Origin: an uncultured delta proteobacterium
Lineage (GTDB): Bacteria; Myxococcota_A; Polyangia; Haliangiales; Haliangiaceae
Assembly (NCBI GenBank): GCA_963848295.1
Contig: CAWKDB010000010.1
Coordinates: 3,488,001-3,552,000 of the forward strand
Reading direction: 5' to 3'
DNA length: 64,000 nt
Below are positions 12,520 to 24,248 of the stretch, in pieces. A program made the position numbers and the translations under genes. A model generated the notes under the pieces. The model had not been told where the DNA came from and did no database searches. It was given only the letters and a program-made list of their open reading frames with translations. The stretch's first letter is position 1. Every line of letters starts with the position of its first letter.

Positions 12520-14172
12520 TCACTGGTTCACCGTCCCACGCGGCGTCTCGTCGTCGGTGGCGATCGCGACGCGCGCCTCGCGCAGGGTGGTCGCGAGGAC
12601 CTGGTCGATCATCGCGGTCGCGCCGGCGATCGAATCGAGCGAGCCGTCGCGGATCGCGTCGGGGGCGTAGCTCGCGAGCGCGGACAGGTCGCCGTCGACG
12701 TGCACGCGCCCGGCCTCGTCGCGGGTCACGATCGTCGGCTCGCTGTCGTAGGCGCCGAGCACGAACCGCATCGGGATCCGCAGCTCCGACAGCCGCGTGG
12801 CCCGCACGCGATCGACGATCGCGTACGACACGCCGTGCAGCGCGGCCGACACGATCTGTGCCGGCGCCACGGCCGACGCGAGCCGGAGCTCGAGCACGCC
12901 GTCGGCCGGCCTCGGTGCGCCGGCGTGGCGGTCGGCGAGCAGCGGTCCCATCTGGGTCGCGCGCTGCTCGGCGCCGGTCGTGTCGGCGACCTGCTCGCTG
13001 CCATTGACCGCGCGCGCGACGTACGCGACCCAGCTCGCCGTGGTCGCGGTGGCTTGGTGCTCTCTCGCCTGGTGGTTGCAATCTACGAGAGCCGCCGTCA
13101 CTTTTTCGAGCGAGGACTTCGCGCGCTTCGGATCGGCGCGATGCAACGGCCGCAGGTTCTTGATCACGTCGATCATATAGGTGCCGTTGGCCTCCTTCTG
13201 CTTCTCCAGCACGTCCTTCTGCGCGAGGAAGAAGTCGATGCGTGGATTGGTCGAGTAGCCCATGCCGGGATCGCGCTCGGCTTGGCCACCGGCCGGGCTC
13301 GGCGTCGCGCTCGGGGCGATCGCCTCGAGCGCGCTCTTGCCCGCCAGCTTGAGCCCTTGCTTGATCGCGGCGCCGAGCACTTTCTCGACCTCGAACGCGA
13401 AGACAACCTCCTCGGCCACTGCAGCGGTCGCGATCGTGAGCGCGGCCTCGGCGAGGTCCCACCACGGCGGCGTGCCGGTCTTGGCGACCCGCTTCTTGTA
13501 CACCGATGCATCGCGGTCGACCGCGTCGCAACCCGCAGCCTGCGCCTCCGCAAGTTCAGTCGCGGCCTTCGTGGCTTTGAGCGCGGCGCGGTCGAACTCC
13601 TTGTCCACCTCGCCCGGTAGGCGGTCATCCGCCTCGACCGCGAGCTCGGCCTGGACCGCCTGGTCCCAGCTCTGCGCCAGGCGGCGCGGCTCGGCTACGA
13701 GCGCGGCCTCGTCGACCGGCCCGCGCGGCACCTGATCGAGCGTGCGGGCACGGCCACGCAGCGCCGTCGTCTTCGTCTCGATCATACCGTCGCTCCAGAC
13801 CACCACCCACGACAGCGTACCCTCGTGGTGCCCCGGCGTGGTGGGCGCGTAGACGATCGTCGGGGATGCCTGCTCGGCCGCGGCCGCTCCCGACGCCCAA
13901 TCGGCCGACGACGGCAACGCGATCTCGGCCGGCGCTTCCAGCCTGAAGTCGGCGCCGTCGATCGTGCAGCACACGATCGCGGCCACGTCGCGCTGGTTGA
14001 AGGGGACGTGGATCTGGGCGGTTCGGCCGCCGCCGACGAGGTGCTCGCCGAAATCGTAGATCGGAACCGCGATGGCGTGCGGCGCGGGCAGGCTCGCCTC
14101 CGGCTCGCGTGGCCTGGCGGCGTGGACCTGCGGGTGCGCGGCCTGCTTCGAATCGTAAGAGGGATCGCCCAT
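12520..14172 (-). CDS. Hypothetical 550-aa protein: low-complexity leader, ASH/Ig-like domain, helical region with hydrophobic segment; candidate effector
   Basis: YDFG...YAPTTPGHHEGTL...LRG resembles ASH/choice-of-anchor Ig folds. WWDLAEAALTIATAAVAEEVV is a hydrophobic helix. No signal peptide. Translationally coupled to the FGE gene. Confidence 0.65.
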   Translation of the reverse strand: MGDPSYDSKQAAHPQVHAARPREPEASLPAPHAIAVPIYDFGEHLVGGGRTAQIHVPFNQRDVAAIVCCTIDGADFRLEAPAEIALPSSADWASGAAAAEQASPTIVYAPTTPGHHEGTLSWVVVWSDGMIETKTTALRGRARTLDQVPRGPVDEAALVAEPRRLAQSWDQAVQAELAVEADDRLPGEVDKEFDRAALKATKAATELAEAQAAGCDAVDRDASVYKKRVAKTGTPPWWDLAEAALTIATAAVAEEVVFAFEVEKVLGAAIKQGLKLAGKSALEAIAPSATPSPAGGQAERDPGMGYSTNPRIDFFLAQKDVLEKQKEANGTYMIDVIKNLRPLHRADPKRAKSSLEKVTAALVDCNHQAREHQATATTASWVAYVARAVNGSEQVADTTGAEQRATQMGPLLADRHAGAPRPADGVLELRLASAVAPAQIVSAALHGVSYAIVDRVRATRLSELRIPMRFVLGAYDSEPTIVTRDEAGRVHVDGDLSALASYAPDAIRDGSLDSIAGATAMIDQVLATTLREARVAIATDDETPRGTVNQ

Positions 14173-14179
14173 GGGCCCG

Positions 14180-14206
14180 CTATCGGCCGAGCCGGCGCTC
14201 GGTTGC
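14180..14206 (-). promoter_or_regulatory. Shared module promoter, copy 2 (GCAACC-N13-GCCGATAG)
   Basis: Lies 7 nt upstream of ATG 14172. Confidence 0.7.
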
Positions 14207-14220
14207 GCGGAAAAGACCAA

Positions 14221-14247
14221 GCAACCGCCGGTGCGAGGTGCCGATAG
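14221..14247 (+). promoter_or_regulatory. Shared module promoter, copy 3 (GCAACC-N13-GCCGATAG)
   Basis: Lies 7 nt upstream of ATG 14255 and is divergent from copy 2. Confidence 0.7.
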
Positions 14248-14254
14248 CGAGCGC

Positions 14255-14704
14255 ATGACCGCAACCACCGCCCTGAACAGCATACCGTTAGTCCTGGGAA
14301 CCTCGACCATGCCGACCGCCGCGCCCCGGCTCGAGGTCGTTCCTAGGACCGGTCCGCCGCCGCTCTGGCAGCCCGGGTCTCGATCGGACACACCGACCAC
14401 GGACGCCATCCGCGAACGCGCGCGAGGCGAGCAGGCCGCGGGTCGGCTGGACGGCGCGATCATCGCGGTGCTGACCCGCCCGTTGCGGCCCGACGAGGGC
14501 CATCGCGTGGGCAACGACAACCGAGAGCGCGAGCTGGTCCGACTGCTCGCCGCGCTCACGCCGGTCGAGACGTACCACCTGCGTCGGCGGCTGGATGCCG
14601 ACCGGGCTGACGATGCGGTCGTCGTCGCGTTCCGCCGCTTGCTCGGCGAGCGGCGGCAGCGGGTGCGCGCGTTCCTCTCCGATCCCAGGCGGCGGTGCGC
14701 GTGA
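14255..14704 (+). CDS. Small helical hypothetical protein (149 aa)
   Basis: Plausible globular helical C-terminal half (RERELVRLLAAL...AFRRLLGERRQRVRAFLSDPRRR). Start is supported by the promoter motif. Confidence 0.6.
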   Translation: MTATTALNSIPLVLGTSTMPTAAPRLEVVPRTGPPPLWQPGSRSDTPTTDAIRERARGEQAAGRLDGAIIAVLTRPLRPDEGHRVGNDNRERELVRLLAALTPVETYHLRRRLDADRADDAVVVAFRRLLGERRQRVRAFLSDPRRRCA

Positions 14705-14767
14705 GCGGACGCGCGTTCGCCGGCGCTCACGTTCGAGCGTCGGCGCGATGGTTCGATCGGCGTCGGC

Positions 14768-15424
14768 TCAGAGCGCGGTCACCGCGACGGTCGCGCCGTA
14801 CGCGCTCTGGCCATAGACCGTGACGTTCGTCGGCGCGACGCCGCTGCCATCGAGCGGCAGGTCGTAGCTCGAGGTCAGCTCGATGCCGACCGGCACGTTC
14901 TGGGTGTGACCGTCGGCGTACTGGATGCCGACCGATTGCACGTAGGTCGCGCCGCCATTCGCCGCGAGCTCGATGGTCGACACCGTGCTGTACTCCGGCG
15001 CGATCGCGACGGCGAGCTGGCCATCGTAGAGCGGCGCCGGCGCGGCCAGCGAGATCCACGGCCGGGTGAACCGGCCACCGACGTAGAACCGATCGTGGTC
15101 GAGGCGCAGCTGCTCGAGTCGGTCGCGCTCGATCCGCTCGCCGCGGAGCTCCGCGCGCTGGTCGGCGGCGTGCACCTCGCCGCGCTGGATCTGTTCGCCG
15201 CGGACTTCACCGCGCACGTACGCGCCGCGGTTGTCGTTGTTGCGCACGACCGGGCCGTGACCGCGCTCGACGATCGGACGCGGCGCCGGGCGAACCGCGA
15301 CGTTGTGTACTGGAGCGACCCGCGCGGCTGCGATGTGGACCGCGGGCGCGGCGTTCGCCGTGGCCGTGAGCGCGAGGGCCGAGGAGCTGACAACCAGGGT
15401 GGCGATAAGGGCTTTGAGCAACAT
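14768..15424 (-). CDS. Secreted hypothetical protein with C-terminal beta-sandwich
   Basis: Signal peptide MLLKALIATLVVSSSALA, strong RBS AAGGAG and a beta-rich C-terminus. Confidence 0.75.
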   Translation of the reverse strand: MLLKALIATLVVSSSALALTATANAAPAVHIAAARVAPVHNVAVRPAPRPIVERGHGPVVRNNDNRGAYVRGEVRGEQIQRGEVHAADQRAELRGERIERDRLEQLRLDHDRFYVGGRFTRPWISLAAPAPLYDGQLAVAIAPEYSTVSTIELAANGGATYVQSVGIQYADGHTQNVPVGIELTSSYDLPLDGSGVAPTNVTVYGQSAYGATVAVTAL

Positions 15425-15452
15425 GGGGTATCTCCTTCTGGCCAGACTTGAT

Positions 15453-15468
15453 TGCAGCGCCGATGCCA
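15453..15468 (-). promoter_or_regulatory. Sigma54 (-24/-12) promoter
   Basis: TGGCATCGGCGCTGCA has the exact GG-N10-GC spacing. An AT-rich stretch and tandem repeats lie upstream. Confidence 0.7.
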
Positions 15469-15518
15469 TATCCAAATAATTGATATCAATCGAGTATTCC
15501 AGAATCGCACATGCGAAG

Positions 15519-15544
15519 TCCGCAGCGATCCGCAGATTCCGCAG
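15519..15544. repeat. Three TCCGCAG direct repeats, candidate enhancer-binding-protein sites
   Basis: Copies at 15519, 15529 and 15538, about one helical turn apart. Confidence 0.5.
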
Positions 15545-15578
15545 CACCGATTCGTCGGTCTCGCGCGTCCGGACCTGC

Positions 15579-16112
15579 ATGGCCACCAAGTGCGTGCTCG
15601 CGGTGCTGCTCACGTTGGCCGGTGTGGCGCACGGCGGGCCGGTGCCGCGCGACCCAGCGCTGCACGCGACCGACTGGTGCAACTGGACCTATGCGAACAC
15701 CAACTGGTATCCGATGTTGGTCGATTGCAAGGCGACGGTCGACGAACGTCACAGCGAGCACGGAGGGATCTGGGCGTTCCGCGAGTATCGTTTCGTCAGC
15801 GCCGCATACGGCGATCTCACCGGCGATGCGGCCGAGGACGCACTGCTCACGATCGAGGTCACGCAACGCCCGGTGCTGATCGCGGCGGGCAAGCCCAGAA
15901 CGTCGGCGGAATTCTGGCTGATGCAAGACACCGCCGCCGGCATGGTGATCTACACGAGCGAGAGCGCCGACGCGGTTCCGACGAGCGTCGCGATCAGCAA
16001 CGGGGTGGCGACGTTGCAATGGCGCGATCGCGGCAAGACCTGCGTGGAACACTGGCAGTTCAAGCGCGAAGGCGAGGCCGCCGTCAAGACACCGCGCCGG
16101 TGCGCGCCGTAA
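15579..16112 (+). CDS. Secreted hypothetical protein (LppP/LprE-like motif YGDLTGD)
   Basis: Signal peptide MATKCVLAVLLTLAGVAHG and motif YGDLTGDAAEDALL. Confidence 0.65.
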   Translation: MATKCVLAVLLTLAGVAHGGPVPRDPALHATDWCNWTYANTNWYPMLVDCKATVDERHSEHGGIWAFREYRFVSAAYGDLTGDAAEDALLTIEVTQRPVLIAAGKPRTSAEFWLMQDTAAGMVIYTSESADAVPTSVAISNGVATLQWRDRGKTCVEHWQFKREGEAAVKTPRRCAP

Positions 16113-16122
16113 GCTGTCGCGC

Positions 16123-16902
16123 ATGCCCGATGCTGCGGTTCTCTACGCCAGCGCCGACCACGTCGCGACGATCACGCTGAACCGGCCCGACAACCGCAAC
16201 AGCATGACGCCCGAGCTGCTCGACGCGTTCGCGCTGGCGGCGGAGCGCGCGCGCGTCGATCGCGAGCTGCGCTGTGTCGTCGTCACCGGTAGCGGTGCAT
16301 GCTTCTCGTCCGGCGCGGACTTCAAGAGCAGCTTGCAACGCGCGGCGGGTGCTCCGCACGAGCGGTCCTACGCGATGTACGAGCCGTTCTTGTCGCTGCT
16401 CGACATCGAGGTCCCGATCATCGGCGCGCTCAATGGTCATACGGTCGGTGGCGGCTTCGGGCTCGCGCTCGTGTGCGACGTCCGGATCGGCGCGCTCGAC
16501 GCGAAGTACGGCGCGAACTTCGTGCGGCTCGGGCTCGCTCCGGGCATGGCCGTGAGCTATCTGTTGCCGCGGATCATCGGCTTGCCGCGCGCGAACGAGC
16601 TGCTGCTCGCAGGTCGACTCGTCGACGGGCGCGAAGCCGAGCGGCTCGGGATCCTCGGCCGCGCCGTGCCGGCCGGTGACGTGCTGGCCGAGGCGACGCA
16701 GCTCGCGCGCGAGATCGCGGCGGCGGCTCCGCTCGCGGTGCGGGAGACGAAAGCGGCGATCCGTCGCGGCCTCGGGCTCGACGTGCGCGCGGCCGCTCGC
16801 GCCGAGTCGTACGCGCAAGCCCAGACGATCGCGACCGACGATGCGCGCGAGGGCATCGCCGCGCTGCTCGCGAAGCGCGATCCGGTGTTCACCGGTCGCT
16901 GA
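16123..16902 (+). CDS. Enoyl-CoA hydratase/isomerase family protein
   Basis: Motifs ITLNRPDNRNS, FSSGADF, PIIGALNGHTVGGG and DAREGIAALLAKRDPVFTGR. Confidence 0.95.
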   Translation: MPDAAVLYASADHVATITLNRPDNRNSMTPELLDAFALAAERARVDRELRCVVVTGSGACFSSGADFKSSLQRAAGAPHERSYAMYEPFLSLLDIEVPIIGALNGHTVGGGFGLALVCDVRIGALDAKYGANFVRLGLAPGMAVSYLLPRIIGLPRANELLLAGRLVDGREAERLGILGRAVPAGDVLAEATQLAREIAAAAPLAVRETKAAIRRGLGLDVRAAARAESYAQAQTIATDDAREGIAALLAKRDPVFTGR

Positions 16903-17899
16903 GCGCGCACGACTCGAGCTTGGCGGGCGACACCTCGTGTGCGAAAGCCCAGGCGAGCCCCCAATACGTGCCGACGGCGATCGACGGCCACGCAGGCGGA
17001 CCGCCGTGCACGTAGCGCTGGCCGGTCTTCGCGACGACGCCGATCACGTCACCGCCGACGCGATCGTAGAGGCAAGTGCCGGCGGCGAGCACGATGACGT
17101 CCGGGTCCTCGAGCTGGTAGCCGCCCGCGCCGACCGTGTCGCGAAACCGAATCGTCGGGTTGGTCACCTGCACGCTCATCGCGGGAACGTAGCCGCGGAC
17201 GCGCACGCCATAACGCGAGATGCCGACCTCGGTCCAGCCGCCGCTGCTCGCGATCACGATCGCGTCCTGGGGCTGGGCGCCGATCCGCGCGACGATCGGC
17301 GAGCGCGCGTTCGCCGCGATGTGAACCTCGGTTGCCGCGTCGACCATCGCGTTCGAGGGCGTTGCTCCGGTCACCGATGGCTCGGGGCCGATCCACATCG
17401 CGCCGAGCGCGAGCTGCGAGACCTTGCCGCTGACCTCGAGGTTCGGATCGGTCGTGGCGATCGACACGTCGGCGTCGACGATCGTCAGCCCGTTATCGCG
17501 AACCGCGATCGGTACGCCGGGCGCGAGCCACGCGCCGTGGACCCCATCCGCGCTCAATGCCACCTGCGAGATGATCACCGGGACGGCGGCGGCGCGCGGC
17601 AGCCACACGCCGATCCGCACGTCATCCCAGTCGCTGAGGACACGTATCGCGTCGGCGCGCAGCTCGAGCACGCTCCACTCGAACGGCCCGCGCTCGCGCG
17701 GCTCGAGGGGGATCGCGACGAGCGGATCGAGCCATGCGCGATCGACGCGATCGATCCACGCATGGTGGTCGAGCCGGCCGGCGATCGCTGGATCGGCGAG
17801 CTCGCGACCTGCGACCGGGAAACGCGCATGCGCCGGCGGCGGGATCGGCGCGTTGCCCGTCCAGCACCCCGCGAGCACGAGCGCATACAGCGCGTTCAT
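16889..17899 (-). CDS. Hypothetical lipoprotein, possibly with SH3-like repeats
   Basis: Lipobox LAGC and beta-rich repeats ending in VRVRGYV and IGVWL. Confidence 0.65.
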   Translation of the reverse strand: MNALYALVLAGCWTGNAPIPPPAHARFPVAGRELADPAIAGRLDHHAWIDRVDRAWLDPLVAIPLEPRERGPFEWSVLELRADAIRVLSDWDDVRIGVWLPRAAAVPVIISQVALSADGVHGAWLAPGVPIAVRDNGLTIVDADVSIATTDPNLEVSGKVSQLALGAMWIGPEPSVTGATPSNAMVDAATEVHIAANARSPIVARIGAQPQDAIVIASSGGWTEVGISRYGVRVRGYVPAMSVQVTNPTIRFRDTVGAGGYQLEDPDVIVLAAGTCLYDRVGGDVIGVVAKTGQRYVHGGPPAWPSIAVGTYWGLAWAFAHEVSPAKLESCALSDR

Positions 17900-18067
17900 G
17901 GAAATCCAGACGGTCGGGTTCACCGCGCCGTCGCACCGCCGCCATCCTTATCCACCGACCGCGTAACGCCCTACGCAGGATGGCAATTCTGGGGTGCGAC
18001 AGGGTCGTGATTCTCACCGGTTACGACGCGCTGCGTCTCGCCTGGCTCTTGCACTACTAACAGGCAG

Positions 18068-19120
18068 ATGGAAATCGGCGTCATCACGAACCCGAACAGC
18101 CGCAAGAACCGCAACCGCCCTGACAGGGCCGAGCGGCTCCAGCGGATCGTCGGGACGATGGGCGAGGTCCACCAGACCACGTCGCTCGAGTCGATCAAGC
18201 CGGTGCTGCGCGACTTCCTACGCAAGCGCGCGCGTTACTGGGTCGCCGATGGTGGCGATGGCGCGCTCCACTGGATGTTGAAGAGCGGCATGGAAGTGCT
18301 GCAAGAAGACGAGTTCGCCGGCCAGGCGATCTCGCTGCCGATGGCATTGCCGACCAAGGGCGGCACGATCGACTTCGTCGCGAACAACGTCGGCATCGAA
18401 GGCGACGCCGAGGGCATCCTCGCGTCGCTGTGCAACGACCTCGAGCACGGCTTGGTCATCGAAGAGACCGAGGTCGATTCGATGGCGATCGACGGGGTGC
18501 AGATCATCGACGGCCAAGAAGTCGAGTTCCGGACCTACGGGTTCGCGTCTGCCGCCGGCGGGATCGGCCAGCGGTTCTATGCGAAGTACTACGAGTCCAA
18601 GGATCCGAACCCGCGCACGATCATGAAGGTCGTCGCGAACACCGTCGCCTCGGCCCCGATCGCGTTGTCGCCGCTCGCGCGCCTGCCGCTCGGTCAGCTC
18701 TCGACGTACGCGCGCGAGATGTTCCAGCCGACGGTCTGCAAGGTCACGCTCGACGGCATGGTGCTGCCCGGCACCGAGTACACCGGCGTCCACATCGCGT
18801 CGATGTCGATCAACCTCGGCAACGTGCTGCGGTTCTTCGGCCAGGCCGATCAACCGGGCCTGATGAACGCGATCGTCGGCACGCCGAGCCCGTGGGCGAT
18901 CATCTCGAACCTGCCGCGGATGGCGCGCGGTGCGCAGATGCGCGGTCGCAATGTCCTCGATCGGCCGTGCCGCGAGATGATGCTCGAGGCGACCGGCAGC
19001 GAGCTGCTCGCGCCGATCATCGACGGCGAGTTCTATCGCGACGTCAAGCGCCTCGCGTATCGCGTCGGCCCGCGCGTCCGGATCCCGAAAGTGATCGCGG
19101 CCAAGAAGGCCGCGGCGTAG
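18068..19120 (+). CDS. Diacylglycerol kinase family (DAGK_cat) lipid kinase
   Basis: Motifs ITNPNS, DGGDG, GGTIDFVA and IDGE. Confidence 0.8.
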   Translation: MEIGVITNPNSRKNRNRPDRAERLQRIVGTMGEVHQTTSLESIKPVLRDFLRKRARYWVADGGDGALHWMLKSGMEVLQEDEFAGQAISLPMALPTKGGTIDFVANNVGIEGDAEGILASLCNDLEHGLVIEETEVDSMAIDGVQIIDGQEVEFRTYGFASAAGGIGQRFYAKYYESKDPNPRTIMKVVANTVASAPIALSPLARLPLGQLSTYAREMFQPTVCKVTLDGMVLPGTEYTGVHIASMSINLGNVLRFFGQADQPGLMNAIVGTPSPWAIISNLPRMARGAQMRGRNVLDRPCREMMLEATGSELLAPIIDGEFYRDVKRLAYRVGPRVRIPKVIAAKKAAA

Positions 19121-19132
19121 TCGTTCGCGCGG

Positions 19133-19444
19133 CTACTCCTTCTTACACGACACCGTGGCGGGGGCGCCGCCGTCGCTCTTGCATTGTTTGTCAGACTTGC
19201 ACGCCGCCACGCACGCGTGCTTGTAGGTCTTGAAGCACTTTCGCCCGACGAGAAAGAAGCAGTCCTGGCGCTCGCCCTGATAGCGCCAGCCGCCCCACTT
19301 GGCGCCCTCCGGATCGACCTCGCCGCTCGCCCGCGCCTCGCGCAGCTGCTTCTCTTTGGCGGTCTTCGGCTCGCCGGAGTCCTTCGTCGGGCCGCCGCAA
19401 GCGACCGCGGCGAGCGATACGACGAGGATCCACCGCAGCGTCAT
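19133..19444 (-). CDS. Small Cys-rich lipoprotein
   Basis: Signal MTLRWILVVSLAAVAC, with six further Cys in the C-terminal domain. Confidence 0.7.
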   Translation of the reverse strand: MTLRWILVVSLAAVACGGPTKDSGEPKTAKEKQLREARASGEVDPEGAKWGGWRYQGERQDCFFLVGRKCFKTYKHACVAACKSDKQCKSDGGAPATVSCKKE

Positions 19445-19470
19445 CTCGCCGATCATGCCATAGTCCGGCC

Positions 19471-20073
19471 GTGGTCGACGACGATCGCGCGGTTAGAGAA
19501 CGCATGGCCGCCCTCGAAGCCGAGGTCAGGGCAGATGCGGACGCCGATCGCGCTCGCCGCGAAGCTGCCGCGGCCAAGGTCCGCGAGGTGCGCGCACGCG
19601 CGGTCGCTGAACGCGACGAGCTGAGCGCCCGGCAAGTCGCGATCGTCAAGAAAGGCAGTAACGCCCTCCGCAAGCCGGCCGATGATTCCGATGACGACGC
19701 CGACGATCTCGGCGGCGCACTCGAGCTCGCCGGCAAAGCGAACAAGGTCCGCAAGGAGCTCGCGAAGCCGGTCGCGAAGGGCGAAAAATCGTGGATCAAG
19801 TCGGGCATCGCGTCACTCGCGCTCGGGCCGATCGGCTGGCTGTACGCGGGGTCGCTGCGCGAGACGATTCCGCTGTCCGCGGCGTGGGTCGTGCTGGCGG
19901 CGATCGCGAGCAAGATCATTCCGGTGTTCCTGCTGATGCCCGCGCTGTACGTGGCCTTACCGTTGTCGGGTATCACCGGGGTGGTTTATGCTGTGCAGTA
20001 CAATCGGCATGGCAGCCGCCAGCGGTTGTTCGGCAACAAGCAAGAAAAGCCGAAACAGCTCCGCGGTGGGTGA
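19471..20073 (+). CDS. Hypothetical membrane protein (coiled coil plus TM segments)
   Basis: Charged N-terminal coil and hydrophobic C-terminal helices. Start uncertain (19471 or 19504). Confidence 0.7.
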   Translation: MVDDDRAVRERMAALEAEVRADADADRARREAAAAKVREVRARAVAERDELSARQVAIVKKGSNALRKPADDSDDDADDLGGALELAGKANKVRKELAKPVAKGEKSWIKSGIASLALGPIGWLYAGSLRETIPLSAAWVVLAAIASKIIPVFLLMPALYVALPLSGITGVVYAVQYNRHGSRQRLFGNKQEKPKQLRGG

Positions 20074-20166
20074 GTGTCGTCGTCGCACGCCCCCCTTACC
20101 GAGCTCTCACCGCGGGATGTAATCCGTAGCGCGTCCTGCGCGACCGTGCGTCGCTAGACTAATGCT

Positions 20167-21035
20167 GTGAATCATCATCGCCTCGTCATGGCTGCTGCCG
20201 CGATCGCAACCGGCTCGGCGCTCGTCCACGCGGAGCCGCAGCCGGCCAAGCCGCGGGTCAAGGTCGGCATCGTTCCTTCGATCGCGGTGAACGTCGATGC
20301 CGCGCGCGTCGATGCGCTCGGTCAAGATCTCGCGGATGCGCTCACGTCCGAGCTCGACATCGACGCGGTCGGTGGTCTCGAGGTTCGCCGCCAGTTGCCG
20401 ACGGACGGCGTGCCGCCGGCGTGCGCGACGACTCCCGCATGCAGCCGCGGCATCGCTCAGAAGCTCGGCGTGTCGCAGATGCTGTTCGTCGTGATGATCG
20501 ACAGCGGCGCCGGTGGCTCGGTCGAGGTCGATCCGACCTGGGTCGATGGCGTGACCGGCACGACGCATGGTCGACCGCCGATCGATCTGACGTCTTCGGC
20601 CGACGCCGATGCGCGCCAGAAGTTCGGCGCCGCCGCCCACGCGCTGTTGCCCGACGCGCCGCTCAAGCCCAAGCCCCGAGCGGGCGGCAGCATCCAGTTT
20701 GGCGAGACCACCTCGACGCCGCGCCACATCACGATCCCGATGATCGTCGCGGGCGGTGCCGCGGTCGTCGGGCTCGGCTTCGGCATCGGGTTCGGGCTCG
20801 AAGCGCGCAGCAAGTACAACGCGTGCAACGCGGACCCGACGTGCCGCAACGTCCCGACCGATTCGCGTCGCGGTTCGATTCGCAACGCCGACTACGCCGC
20901 GGATGGCGGTTGGATCCTCGCGGTCGCCGGCGCCGCGGCGGCCACCGTGTTCTGGGCGACGTCGGGCTCGGAGGCGCGGCTCGTCGTCGCGCCGACGCCG
21001 GGCGGCGCCGCGGTCTCGCTCGGAGGCCAGTTCTA

Positions 21036-21036
<1 letters not shown>
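20167..21036 (+). CDS. Secreted/membrane hypothetical protein
   Basis: Signal peptide, Cys pairs, C-terminal TM segments and an SLGGQF end. Coupled to the kinase gene. Confidence 0.7.
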
Positions 21037-22742
<1,706 letters not shown>

Positions 22743-22751
<9 letters not shown>

Positions 22752-24248
22752 GTACGCGACGTAGACGCAGTTGCGCGACTCTTCGTTGCCGGGGCCGCCG
22801 GGCGGCGACATGCACAGACGGTTCATTCCCTTCACGAGGCTGACCGGCGTCGTGAACTGCGGCGCAGCAAACCTGACCGGGATCAGCGTTGTTCCTGCCA
22901 GATCTTCGTAGTTGTTGTCGACGTCGTGGAGCTCGAACATGTTCGCGCTGCTCGCGCCGTCGACGGTGACCATCACCTGCGACGTGCTGACCACCTGTGG
23001 CGTCGTCGGATCGAACACTGCGCCGTGCACCGCGTTGACCGTCGAACCGTTGATCGTCGCGCCATCGACTCGAGCGCGTCCGTCGCTGCCGGGGCCGCCC
23101 GACGCGTTGCCGAGCAACGAGCTCGTGCCACCGTTGCCGTGCGCCACGCTGACGCCGTTGATCGACGCGACGTTGCCGGCGCGCAGCACGATCACACCGC
23201 CGGAGCCACCGCCGCCCGCCGAGCCCGAACTGCAGTTCGCGCCGTCCGCGCCGTTCGCGGTGACGGCCGGCGCGGTCAGATCGCCGCCTGCACTGAGCTC
23301 GATCGTGCCGCCGGCGCCGCCGCCGACCGAGCCGCCCCCGAGCGCGCCCTTCTGGCCCCCGCCGCCGCCGCTGCCGCCGTTCACGCTGTACGAAGTGATC
23401 AGCGGGTCGCCGATCTCCTTGCCTTGGTTCATCGTGCCGCCCGGGCTCGTTCCGTCCCCCGCGAACCCCGCGCCGCCGCCGCCGTCGTTCGCATCGCCAG
23501 CCTGACCGGGTCCGGGGAGGATGCCCGAGCCATTGCCACCGACCGCGCCGCCTGTGCCGCCGCCGAACACGCCGGCCGAGGTAGCGGCCGTGCTCACCGA
23601 TAGCGAGGGGATCCCGGTCGACTGGATCGACAGGTCGCCGATTGTTCGCAGGATCACCGGCGTCGTCGCACTCGTGAACGACAGCGTCGAGTTTCCGCTC
23701 AGCGCGACGTGGGAGTACTGCACGACGTTCGTGTTGTCGATCGCAACTGCACCCGTCGATGCGACCAGCTCCGGCAGCTCTTGTAGCTTCCAGCCGATCG
23801 TGGCGGTCACCGGGTTGCCGTCGCTCATCTGCGTGACGGTGACGGTGAGCGGAATCGCGGTCGGTGACGGCATCGTGCCCGAATGGATCATCGCGGTCAC
23901 CGGCACCGCGATCAGGTCGCTGTTCGTGGTGGCGACGACCGCGGTCGCGTCCGGGATGACGCTCGGCGCTCCGTCGATCGTCACGGTCGCGCCGGCGGTG
24001 ATGTTCGTGCCCTCGATGACGAGCAGCGCCTTGCGGCTCGCGCCGGTGCCTTGGCCTTCGAGCAAGATCGGCGAGTCCACTTGCGTCAGCGTTAGCCCGG
24101 CCGGGTTTGCGTCGATCGGCCGAGGCGCATCGATCGGCGGCGAATCGATCGCGCCATCGAACGAGCCGGTGATGTGGTCAGGGTTGTAGATGATCGAGCA
24201 TCCACCGAGGAGGAATGCCAGACCGGAGAGTGTCAACGACTGCCGCAT
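22743..24248 (-). CDS. Glycine-rich surface lipoprotein
   Basis: Lipobox LGGC, an Ig-like N-terminal part and GGGGSGG repeats. Confidence 0.75.

Noticed and set aside
11386..14730. Extended N-termini in the ORF track (starts at 11628, 13531, 14730; similarly 15682, 20421, 32548, 38637, 58562)
   Set aside because: The extensions are Arg-rich, overlap neighbouring real genes, and better starts are marked by promoter motifs, RBSs, signal peptides or stop/start overlaps.
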